Of a stretch of DNA of 64,000 nt, positions 52,211 to 60,004 are shown one piece after another. Origin of the DNA: Planctomycetota bacterium. GTDB lineage: Bacteria > Planctomycetota > UBA8742 > UBA2392. The translations under genes were made by a program, and so were the position numbers. How positions within the stretch are numbered: position 1 is the first letter of the stretch; every line of letters begins with the position of its first letter. The stretch spans positions 382,416 to 446,415 of the forward strand of contig JAOSKM010000001.1 of the NCBI GenBank assembly GCA_027493625.1, read 5' to 3'. The notes beneath the pieces were generated by a model. It was not told the DNA's origin. It was given only the letters and a program-made list of their open reading frames with translations, and searched no databases.

Positions 52211-53064
52211 GCGCCAACCCCCGCGCCAAGGCGCACTTTCTGGATCGTGCCGCGCAGGCGCTCGCGCAGTTCCTGCTCCTGCTCGATGCGGCGCTGCAGG
52301 GCGGGCGTGAGCTTGGTCGGGAATGACACCGGCTGCAGACCGGCAAGGCGAGCGCTCACGGTTTCGTCGATCTTCTGGAACGCGCGCTCGCGTTCTTCCA
52401 GTCGGCGCTGACGCTCGCGGGCTTCCCGCGCCTGCTGCTGGTCGAACGCCTTCAGGAAGGCGCGGCGGTTGGCTGCCTGCTGGGCAATGGCGGCGTCAAC
52501 CGTGGATGTTTCCCCGGTGATTCCGCTGGATGCCAGATCGACGGCTGTGTCCCATGCCAGCCCGGCGCTGGTGGCGTTGTAGCCGAGCGCTTTGCTCACG
52601 GCCTGGTAGCCGAATCGGCCGGCCGGGTTGAGCGGGTTGCCCGCAACTACTCCCGCGACGGCGTGGCGTACTTTCTGGTCGATGTAGTCTGCGAGGAAGG
52701 ACGGAATGCCCCCGGCTTCGTGCGCCTCGATCAGGGCGGAGCCGGCTTCTCCGATGGTGCCCGCCGCGTAGGCGATCAGGCCAGCGACAAGGCCGGCGCC
52801 ACCGAACCTGGCCAGCTTACCGCCGGCAGGGATGCCGTTGAAGCCGCGTCCCGCGACGGTGGTGAGCAGGCTGGAGACGTTGCTCCCTCCTAGCAAGCCC
52901 TTGGCGTTGGCTTTCTGGAAGAGGCGGTCAACGCGCCCGGCCGTGTTTTGCGCGCGCTGAGCCTTGGCGGCCACGCTATCAAGCTCGCGGCTGACTCGGC
53001 GGGCGGAGGCTACGGCCTCGCGCTCCTGCATTTCCATTTCAACGACGGTGCGTTCGACGCCCAT
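52207..53064 (-). CDS. hypothetical protein, paralog A (tape-measure/pilot-like composition)
   Basis: MGVERTVVEMEM..., shares motifs with 51022-51861 along its whole length. Confidence 0.75.
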   Translation of the reverse strand: MGVERTVVEMEMQEREAVASARRVSRELDSVAAKAQRAQNTAGRVDRLFQKANAKGLLGGSNVSSLLTTVAGRGFNGIPAGGKLARFGGAGLVAGLIAYAAGTIGEAGSALIEAHEAGGIPSFLADYIDQKVRHAVAGVVAGNPLNPAGRFGYQAVSKALGYNATSAGLAWDTAVDLASSGITGETSTVDAAIAQQAANRRAFLKAFDQQQAREARERQRRLEERERAFQKIDETVSARLAGLQPVSFPTKLTPALQRRIEQEQELRERLRGTIQKVRLGAGVGA

Positions 53065-53066
53065 GA

Positions 53067-53789
53067 CTACCCCCTCAGCTTTTTTAGACGGAACATGATG
53101 CGCAGCAGGTCACGGCCTGCCAGGCGGCGGCGGGCGGATGCGCTCAGCTCGGACACCCACTTGTCATACTCGGCGTGGCGGGCCTTGCGCATACGGTCGA
53201 AATCGACTCGCGCCAGGCTGCCAAGCCCGCGGGCCTTCAGGTCCGCGAAGTGGTCGATGTAGTTGTTGACGCGGAACGAACGCCGGTTGGTGACCTGGTG
53301 TTTGATCCCGATCCCGACCACGGCGCGCTTGCCGTCGATCTTGCCGATGATGCGCTTGCCCGCCAGTGCCCGCAGGCTCTTGCCGACCGTTGCGCGGCCG
53401 GTGATCGTGATGTCAGGTATCTTCGGGTCGAACACGAAACCGCGCGCGGTCTTGGTGATGATGCGCGGGCTCTTCAGCGTCTTGAGCACGCCCTTGCGAG
53501 CGATGCCCCGGCGCGAGTCGAGCCCGAGGCGCTTTTTGCGCTTGCCCCACTTGTCGCCGTATGGCTTCACCTTCTGCAGCGCCCCGCTCGTGTTGGCGTA
53601 CAGGCCCAGCCGCTCGTATCGCGCGGCGAACATCTTGGCGATGGTGCGGGCCTCGAGCTGCATGGCGCGAAGCAGGCGGCGCCGCAGGGCGCGCAGGGCG
53701 GCGTCGAACTCGCGGACTTCACGCGCGGCGCCCATGGCGGCGCGGCGGAGATCCCCGAGGTCTCTTGCTGCTTTGCTCAGTCCTGCCAT
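53067..53789 (-). CDS. highly basic hypothetical protein, possibly virion morphogenesis/tail-completion-like
   Basis: GAGG RBS; Arg/Lys-rich; KPYGDKWGKRKKRLG segment. Confidence 0.65.
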   Translation of the reverse strand: MAGLSKAARDLGDLRRAAMGAAREVREFDAALRALRRRLLRAMQLEARTIAKMFAARYERLGLYANTSGALQKVKPYGDKWGKRKKRLGLDSRRGIARKGVLKTLKSPRIITKTARGFVFDPKIPDITITGRATVGKSLRALAGKRIIGKIDGKRAVVGIGIKHQVTNRRSFRVNNYIDHFADLKARGLGSLARVDFDRMRKARHAEYDKWVSELSASARRRLAGRDLLRIMFRLKKLRG

Positions 53790-53874
53790 AGGTGCCTCTT
53801 CCGGTGCGTCCTTCTGCCTGTCGCCCTGGAGCCCGCTATTTTGCGCCCTCCGGGGTGGGCTCCGTATCCGTTCA

Positions 53875-54120
53875 TCACGGGGTCAGGCCGTGCTCCCGCA
53901 CTTTGGTCAGGTACGCGGCGTCCAATTCCTCGTCGGTCATCAAGTCGAACTTTCGCCGGAGTTCGGCAACGTTGGCTTGCGACGTGCGCGCGCACTGCAT
54001 GAAGCTCGCGCGGGCTTCCGGTGGCAGGCCTGCCACGGCGTCAGCCAGCGCGCCGGCCCGGTGCAGTGCGTTCGCAAGGCGGGTGAACAGCTCGACTTGC
54101 TGTTGACGCGTCAACTTCAC
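53875..54120 (-). CDS. hypothetical protein
   Basis: GTG start overlapping the upstream stop (GTGA). Confidence 0.6.
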   Translation of the reverse strand: MKLTRQQQVELFTRLANALHRAGALADAVAGLPPEARASFMQCARTSQANVAELRRKFDLMTDEELDAAYLTKVREHGLTP

Positions 54121-54380
54121 TCCAGGCCCTCCAATAGCCGGGCGAACACGTCCCCGACGTCCTGCGGCAGCAGGTACTTGCTCAGCCACGCGCGCGCGGC
54201 GGCGTCGCCGGCCTTGGCGTCCTGCAGGGCCTTGGCTACGACTTTCTGCCAGTCGGCGGGGCTGACCGTGGCGAGCGTCGCGTCCAGGTAGGCGCGTTCG
54301 ACTTCACGCTTCGGGCGCCCGGGACCGCCGGGGTTGCCCTTCTGGAACGGGCGGCCTCTCGGTTTTTTCTTCGCTGCCAT
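54117..54380 (-). CDS. DUF5681-like / terminase small subunit-like protein
   Basis: GRPFQKGNPGGPGRPKR and A..GD..A..WL..YL motifs. Confidence 0.7.
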   Translation of the reverse strand: MAAKKKPRGRPFQKGNPGGPGRPKREVERAYLDATLATVSPADWQKVVAKALQDAKAGDAAARAWLSKYLLPQDVGDVFARLLEGLE

Positions 54381-54552
54381 TCGCGTTTTGCTCCGCGTCT
54401 AAACGTACAGCCCCGCGCGACATAGTTGAGCGGTGGCAGGTGGTGGCGTCCTGCCACCGACTCAACCGCGCACGCCTCGGGCGTGCTACTGGTGGCCGGG
54501 GTTGGGCTCGCGCCCCGCGCGGGAACCGGACCCCCGCGCCCCCGGCCGTGGT

Positions 54553-55416
54553 CTAATTTCGGCGCGCCAGGCGCGGCGGGAACAACTCCCGCAGCTTGTC
54601 GCTGAAATCGCGGCGCTGCGGGCGGATGCCCGTCTCTTGCATCGCCTTGTCCGTCTCGGCGTCGCCGACTTCGCGCAGGTCACGAATGCGCAGGGGGCGG
54701 CCGTAGACGGCGCGGCCGTTTTCGTCGAGGCTGGGCAGCTTGGCGTAGCCTTGACGGGTCAACGGCACGCGCTCAGCCGTCGCGCCCTGGAGCACCTCGT
54801 AACCTTGGCCGTCGCCGCCGATCACGCGGAACTGCGGGCGCCCCATGGCGTCGGCAGACACGGTGTACTGGAAACCGCGCGAATCCTGGACGATCACGTC
54901 GAGCGACGGGTCCAGTTCCGCCACGATCTCGGCGGCTGCGCGCAGGCCGCGCAGGCCAGACTCGACCGGGAACCACGCCTGGCGCACGCCGTCAAAGCCT
55001 CGCACCAGGACAGTGTGACTCAGGCTGTCGGACCAGTCTTCATGAGGCGCGCGGGCCGTCACCAGCGGTCCGCGGCGGACTGTGACGTCCAGGTTCTGGA
55101 TCTCGGCGTCGGTGGCCTCAAGCTGCTTGCGCAAAGCCACCAGCTCGGCGCCGGCTGCCTCGCGCTCGATCAATGACGCGCGGGCAAGGCGGGCCTCGGC
55201 CTTGGCGACTTCCCCGAGCAGGTTGGCGCGGCGGTCGGTTGCGGCGTCGAGATCACGCGACGCGCGGGCGTGGACCAGGTGGTCCACCAGGTTGAGGTCG
55301 CCGGCCTGTGTGGCGGCCTCGATGCGCTGGTCATAGTCGCCGGCTGCGCGTGCCTGCTGTGCGGCGGCCTCGCGTTCTGCGGCGGTGGCGGGTGGGGTTG
55401 GCTGATTCGTGTTCAT
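54553..55416 (-). CDS. hypothetical protein with N-terminal coiled coil
   Basis: GGAG RBS; 287-aa ORF. Confidence 0.7.
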   Translation of the reverse strand: MNTNQPTPPATAAEREAAAQQARAAGDYDQRIEAATQAGDLNLVDHLVHARASRDLDAATDRRANLLGEVAKAEARLARASLIEREAAGAELVALRKQLEATDAEIQNLDVTVRRGPLVTARAPHEDWSDSLSHTVLVRGFDGVRQAWFPVESGLRGLRAAAEIVAELDPSLDVIVQDSRGFQYTVSADAMGRPQFRVIGGDGQGYEVLQGATAERVPLTRQGYAKLPSLDENGRAVYGRPLRIRDLREVGDAETDKAMQETGIRPQRRDFSDKLRELFPPRLARRN

Positions 55417-55467
55417 GCGTGGCTCCGGTTCGGGTTTGAAATTGAAATGTGCGAGTCCCTTGACGGG

Positions 55468-55815
55468 TCAAGTGTAGTATTTCCGGCTGCTCGGCTGCGC
55501 GGGCGGCATGGGGCGCGGCGGCAGGGCGTCCAGTTCCGCGCGCAGGCGCTCGACTTCGGCTGCGTCGCTGTCTTCGCGGGCGCGCCTGAGCGCGAACTCG
55601 ACCTCACGCCGGATGCGCGTGAGCTGCACTGCCTGCTCGCAATTCTTCTGCGCGATGTAGACTGTGACGTGCTCGGGCCCGTGGTGGCGGCGCATGGCTT
55701 CTTTGTGCGCCTTCCAGGCGTCGCGCACCTGCTGGACCTCACGCTCGGCTGCCTCGGCTTCGCGTGCCGCTTCCGTGGCGCGCTGCTGGGCTTTGAGTTC
55801 AACTGGGTTTCCCAT
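55468..55815 (-). CDS. hypothetical coiled-coil protein
   Basis: AAAGGAAA RBS before ATG 55815. Confidence 0.65.
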   Translation of the reverse strand: MGNPVELKAQQRATEAAREAEAAEREVQQVRDAWKAHKEAMRRHHGPEHVTVYIAQKNCEQAVQLTRIRREVEFALRRAREDSDAAEVERLRAELDALPPRPMPPAQPSSRKYYT

Positions 55816-55867
55816 GGGTTTTCCTTTTTTTGGTGACATTCTTGGTGACCGGCAAAGCCGGTCCGCT

Positions 55868-56125
55868 TCAATTGTGGGTTCGTGAACCTCTCGACGTTCG
55901 TGGCTCACGAACAGCCCCGCTTGCTGGCTGCCTGAGCATCCAGTCAGGCGTCACCCGGCGGCGGTCGGTGATGCCCAGCTTGCGGGCGTAGATCCGGAGG
56001 CATTCCTCGGTCATGGCGCCCGGCCTGCCCTCGCGGATGGCCTGGGCCAGCTCCACGTCGGTCAGATCTTCAAGCGGCCGGGTGTCGGTCAGGTCGACAT
56101 GGTCGGTTGTGAAGAGGTTGTTCAT
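55868..56125 (-). CDS. hypothetical protein
   Basis: ATGA overlap with the rep stop codon. Confidence 0.6.
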   Translation of the reverse strand: MNNLFTTDHVDLTDTRPLEDLTDVELAQAIREGRPGAMTEECLRIYARKLGITDRRRVTPDWMLRQPASGAVREPRTSRGSRTHN

Positions 56126-56985
56126 GCGCTCTCCGCTTCCTCGCGCAATTCCCGCTGATAACGCGCGATCTCCTGTGCGGGTGTTTCTCGTGGAGCTTGC
56201 GAGCGCGCTGCCCTCCTACACCACCGCTCAAACGCGCCAGTCTGCGCAGGCGGCCCGGCTTCCGCGCGCCTGGCCATTGCTCGCCCTGGGCTTCCAATCC
56301 CGGCGAAAGCAGCCTCACCGGCAGCCGCACGGGCCTCAGCCTCCGCTGTGACGGCTTCCAAGCCGTGTGCGTCGATCAGCTTTTGAAGTTCGTTCGCCGA
56401 CGGCGTCCGGCCGCAGTGCACGTGAATGAACTTTTCAAGTTCCACCGCCGCCGCCCTGGGGGTGGTTGGTGGCTCTGGTTCAATGGCTATGGTTTGGTCG
56501 CCACCGGTGGCACTACCTACCTGCCACGGGTGCACTACCCTCTCGCCACCGGTGTCGCTACCTAGTGCGCCGGTGTCGCTACCTAGTGCGCCGGTGTCGC
56601 TACCTAGTGCGCCGGTGTCGCTACCGCTGTTACCTAGTGCGCCGGTGTCGCTACCTAGTGCGCCGGTGTCGCTACCCCAAAGTAGCTTGTAGAAGTTGCT
56701 GTCCGGCTCGTTGGTGCCCGCCTTTGTACGCCTTTCGCGCTTCAGCCACTTGGCGGCTTCCAGCTCGTCTATCGCCCGGTCCACGCTTCGGACGCTGCAG
56801 CCGGCCCGCTTGGCCAGGGTGTTGCGCGAGGGCCAGCACTCGCGCCGTTTGTTCGCGTACCTGTCCAGCAGCGCCCAGACCCGGATTGCTCGGTCGCTCA
56901 ACCCGGAGTCAAGAAGCCGCTCGGGCACGATGGCGTAGTGCCCGCCGACGGGAGATATGGATGAGGATGTAGGATGCTCAGCCAC
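56122..56985 (-). CDS. phage-type replication initiator (HTH_36-like winged helix)
   Basis: LS..A.RV...L..YAN....CWPSR.TLAKR.GCS.RSV.RAI.ELE...WL...R; internal tandem repeats. Confidence 0.82.
   Translation of the reverse strand: MAEHPTSSSISPVGGHYAIVPERLLDSGLSDRAIRVWALLDRYANKRRECWPSRNTLAKRAGCSVRSVDRAIDELEAAKWLKRERRTKAGTNEPDSNFYKLLWGSDTGALGSDTGALGNSGSDTGALGSDTGALGSDTGALGSDTGGERVVHPWQVGSATGGDQTIAIEPEPPTTPRAAAVELEKFIHVHCGRTPSANELQKLIDAHGLEAVTAEAEARAAAGEAAFAGIGSPGRAMARRAEAGPPAQTGAFERWCRRAARSQAPRETPAQEIARYQRELREEAESA
56549..56676. repeat. 21-bp tandem repeats (probable origin iterons) inside rep
   Basis: Six copies of core CCGGTGTCGCTACC; unit ccggtgtcgctacctagtgcg; one unit carries a 9-bp insertion; encodes GSDTGAL. 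Confidence 0.9.
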
Positions 56986-56995
56986 CCAAGCGCTC

Positions 56996-57235
56996 CTACT
57001 TCTCGTTCACAACGATGTAGCGCGCGAGTTCAGCCCGGCGGATGCGCAGCCGGTTCCCGATCCTGAACGCCACCAGGTCACCGCGCGCGGCCATGCGGTT
57101 GATTGTCTTCGGGTTGTCCAGGCCGAGCGCCTTCGTGGCCTCCGCCGGGGTGGCCACCGCCGGTACGCCGGCGGCGGCGAGCTCCGCCTCAATGTCCTTT
57201 TGGCGGGCTTTGGTGGCAGTTTCGTGCAGACTCAT
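56996..57235 (-). CDS. excisionase-type HTH (HTH_17) protein
   Basis: TPAEA..ALG....TI.RM..RGDL.AFRIG..LRI.R.EL; AGGAGG RBS. Confidence 0.85.
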   Translation of the reverse strand: MSLHETATKARQKDIEAELAAAGVPAVATPAEATKALGLDNPKTINRMAARGDLVAFRIGNRLRIRRAELARYIVVNEK

Positions 57236-57530
57236 AATAACCTCCTGTGGTCTGCGCGGATTAGTAACAACGCTCACGACACCTTTTGAAGGTGAACAGC
57301 CCCAGCAGGCGCAGGAGTGCCGCACAAGTGCCTGTCAAGGTTGTTTATAATCCCGCTTGGTGGTACAAAGATGCCCGCGAAGGCCGGTGAATCGGGCCTT
57401 CGCGGGCTATTGGGCGCGGCGTGCCTTGTGTGACAGGCTGCGGGATTTTCAGGGATCGCGCGACAACTTTTCCTCCGAGATTTCCGCCGAGTCCGTTTCG
57501 GGGTCTCTTGTCGACGCATGATCCCTTCCG

Positions 57531-57872
57531 TCACGGAAGCCTTGCCCCCGGCTTCCAGTGCCGCGGCTTGACTCGGCACCGAATAATCCACGCCTCCACG
57601 TCGCTGGGCAGGACGTAGAACCACGCCGATTCAGCCGGCCCCGGTTGCGTAGCCGGCAGCTCGCCGCAAAGGATGGCCTTGCGCAGCAGCTTCACGCCGA
57701 GTCCTGTTCGCCGCGCGGCCTCGCTCAAGGTGATGTGCGGCTCGTCAACGTAGCCCGGCACCTGGCACTTGTGGACGCGCCAAATCAGGCGCTCGAGGTC
57801 AGAAACGGGCACGCCCAGCAGGTTGGCGATCTTCTCAACGATTTCAGCGTCTTTGATCCGGTGCGTTTTCAT
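57531..57872 (-). CDS. excisionase-type HTH protein
   Basis: ITLSEAARRTG.....LRKAI..GELPA......WFYV...DVEAW. Confidence 0.75.
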   Translation of the reverse strand: MKTHRIKDAEIVEKIANLLGVPVSDLERLIWRVHKCQVPGYVDEPHITLSEAARRTGLGVKLLRKAILCGELPATQPGPAESAWFYVLPSDVEAWIIRCRVKPRHWKPGARLP

Positions 57873-58069
57873 CACCAGGCCCTCCGCTTCACGCGTCTGG
57901 ATTCAAACCAGGCGTCGATATCCGCGCGGGTGCAGAAGTACGGGCTGCGCGGCCCCATGCCCAGGCGCATGGCCTTGAGGTGTCCGCGCCCAACCGCCGT
58001 CCTGAGCGTCTTCTGCGGCAGCCCCAGCTCGGCTGCCCATTCGCTGATGCGCTTCACTTCGGTTGTCAT
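57872..58069 (-). CDS. excisionase-type HTH protein
   Basis: ISEWAAELG....TLR.AV.RG.LKA.RLG......F..RADIDAW. Confidence 0.75.
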   Translation of the reverse strand: MTTEVKRISEWAAELGLPQKTLRTAVGRGHLKAMRLGMGPRSPYFCTRADIDAWFESRRVKRRAW

Positions 58070-58077
58070 CACGTCCT

Positions 58078-58347
58078 CTACTTCCCGGCCGCGTCGATGG
58101 CGGCCTGCAGGCTGTCGCGGCAAACCAGGAAGGCATGTGCTCCAATCTTCACTTCAACAAAGTCGGCGCGGTGGCGAGCCTCGCGCGCGGTGCGGATAGT
58201 CAACTTCGCCGGCAACTCCGGTTCGTCCGCGCCGTCGTAATAGCTGATGTCGCCGATGTAGACCGCGTGCAGGTCCACGTCCACAAAAACGCGGCCGGTG
58301 CCGGGGTTCACGGATGATTCGCGGGGGTTAGTATTCTGTGCAGCCAT
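58078..58347 (-). CDS. hypothetical protein
   Basis: AAAGGAG RBS; 89-aa ORF. Confidence 0.65.
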   Translation of the reverse strand: MAAQNTNPRESSVNPGTGRVFVDVDLHAVYIGDISYYDGADEPELPAKLTIRTAREARHRADFVEVKIGAHAFLVCRDSLQAAIDAAGK

Positions 58348-58417
58348 GATGATGCTCCTTTCATCGTTGTGGTCAGGGCAGGCGGGAAGCGCCATACTTC
58401 CAGCCTGCCCGCCTTGT

Positions 58418-59769
58418 TTAGTTAGCTGCCTCCAGCGCCGATGCCTGCCGCTGGATGTAGCCGAGGTCCTGCAGCAGCTCGCGCAGCTCATCCGCCACGC
58501 CAAGCCATTCCTCGACCGTTTGTCCGCGCTCGCGGATGCCATGCAGAGCGCGCCGGTAATGGGTGATGCTGACGTTCTGGGTGTGCCCGAACCTGAATTG
58601 CAGCAGCCCCTCGCCCTCAGGTGAGCCGGCGGCAACGTGTGCAACCGTGGTGCGCCGCAACATCTGCCGGTTGACCTTGCTCCGCGTTATGCCGAGCTCA
58701 TCCTCATACAGCTTCACGCGCGCGGACACTGCCAGCCGCATGACGCGGTCGCGCTTCACTCTGCCGACCAGCGCACCGCCAGCGGCGCGCAACTTCAACG
58801 ACGTGACCAGTTCGCGAAGCAGCGGCGAGTCATGCAGCGGGATCTCGCGCTCGGCGTTCGTCTTGCTCGCGTGAACCAACACGTTGCCGTGACCAAGACG
58901 CACATCGTCCGCCGTCAGCGCTTCGATCTCCCCGGGCCTGCAGCCTGTCAGCAGCGCCAGGGCGAAGTACGGCGCCAGCGGCTTGCGCTGTCGAGCGACG
59001 GACTGCTCAAACTCCTGGACTTTGCCGGCCTGCGGGCCACGGGTGACGTGGCGCCTGACCTTGGCCTTCACGCCGGCTTCCCGACGTCGGAGGGCGTCGA
59101 TCATGCGCAGCAGTTCTTCGCGGTCGAGGATGAGCGGCTTCTTCCGCTCAGTCTTGTAGTGCTTCAACGCCTTGCCGGCCTCGCGGGAGTCGAAATCGAT
59201 GTAGCGCCGGTCAATCATGAAGTTTACGGCAGCCCTGGCGGCGTCCAGAAACCGGTTGATCGAGCTGTTTTCCAGCCGGCCTACTTCGCCGAGCTCGGCC
59301 CGGTAGTCGTCGAGATCGTCCACGGTCAGGCGTTCACACCTCTTCGCGCCAACGAATGCCACGAACGGCCGCAGGTGCTGCTCAAGACGGGCCTTGGCGC
59401 GCGCCTGGTACTCTTCACCGCGATCACGGCGTTCAAGCAGAACATGCTCAACGTAGACTGACAGGGCATCGGCGACGGTGGATCGCGGCCGGTTGTGCTT
59501 GCGCCTGTGCCTGTCCCGCCGCGTCGCGCTCACCAGGTCTTCGGACTTCCGCCTGGCGAGCCTGACGGCCTGCTCGCGCGTGGTCACGTCATCCGCCAGG
59601 CGTTGCCACTCGTAGCGATAGTCGCCTTCCGCCCGACTAACACGCCACTTCAGCCAGAACGCGCCACGGCGCTTGACGATGCTTACGCCTGGGTGCTTCC
59701 GGTGAGACTCCGCGGAGTACCCCCTGAGTGCTTTCCCTCGCCGGCGTCGACCTTCTTCTTCCTGGCCAT
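58418..59769 (-). CDS. tyrosine recombinase/integrase (apparent frameshift at 59720-59724)
   Basis: LLTGCRPGE, SKT, QMLRRT, FGH, THY; the frame stays open upstream through HPGVSIVKRRG.FW; ATG 59769 joins if G5 is G6. Confidence 0.88.
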
Positions 59770-59781
59770 GCCCTACCCCCG

Positions 59782-59805
59782 TGGCACCAAACTTGGCACC
59801 AAACT
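59782..59805. repeat. probable integrase arm-type sites (TGGCACCAAACT x2)
   Basis: Tandem 12-mer; degenerate tandem pair at 50992-51015 near the other att. Confidence 0.7.
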
Positions 59806-59923
59806 ATAGGGTATTTCGGTGCCGTTTGGTCCCTCAAAGTCTGAGATAACAAGCACAATACAAACGGCGGCAAGCGGTGTAGCAGCCGAATGGCTACGAC
59901 CAAGAACATGGGTGCGTTCGTTC

Positions 59924-59971
59924 CGGGACGAAGAGGCCGCAGGTTCAAATCCTGTCGCCCCGACCATGAAA
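59924..59971. repeat. att site, right (duplicated 3' part of tRNA-Pro)
   Basis: Identical to 50914-50961. Confidence 0.95.
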
Positions 59972-59998
59972 CAGGGCTTCCTTTTGGAAGCCCTGTTT
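59969..59998. terminator. original host tRNA terminator, likely bidirectional with the RND gene
   Basis: aaacagggcttcc-tttt-ggaagccctgttt. Confidence 0.75.
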
Positions 59999-60004
59999 CT
60001 GTGT

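Larger units (their letters stand above)
50914..59971 (-). mobile_element. ~9-kb integrative element / phage-satellite-like island in tRNA-Pro
   Basis: att repeats, integrase next to the right att, HTH/rep/terS-like genes all on the minus strand. Confidence 0.92.

Noticed and set aside
54102-54115. gttgacgcgtcaac palindrome resembling the boxes at 41116-41174
   Set aside because: A single copy inside a coding region; chance cannot be excluded
56549-56676. Possible CRISPR array
   Set aside because: The units are head-to-tail without unique spacers, lie in frame within a CDS, and no cas genes are present
59910-59966. Second tRNA-Pro gene
   Set aside because: Only the 3' part is present; the 5' acceptor strand and D-arm are missing, so this is the att duplication
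50914-59971. Complete prophage or conjugative element
   Set aside because: Too small, and no recognisable capsid, portal, TerL, lysis, relaxase or T4SS genes
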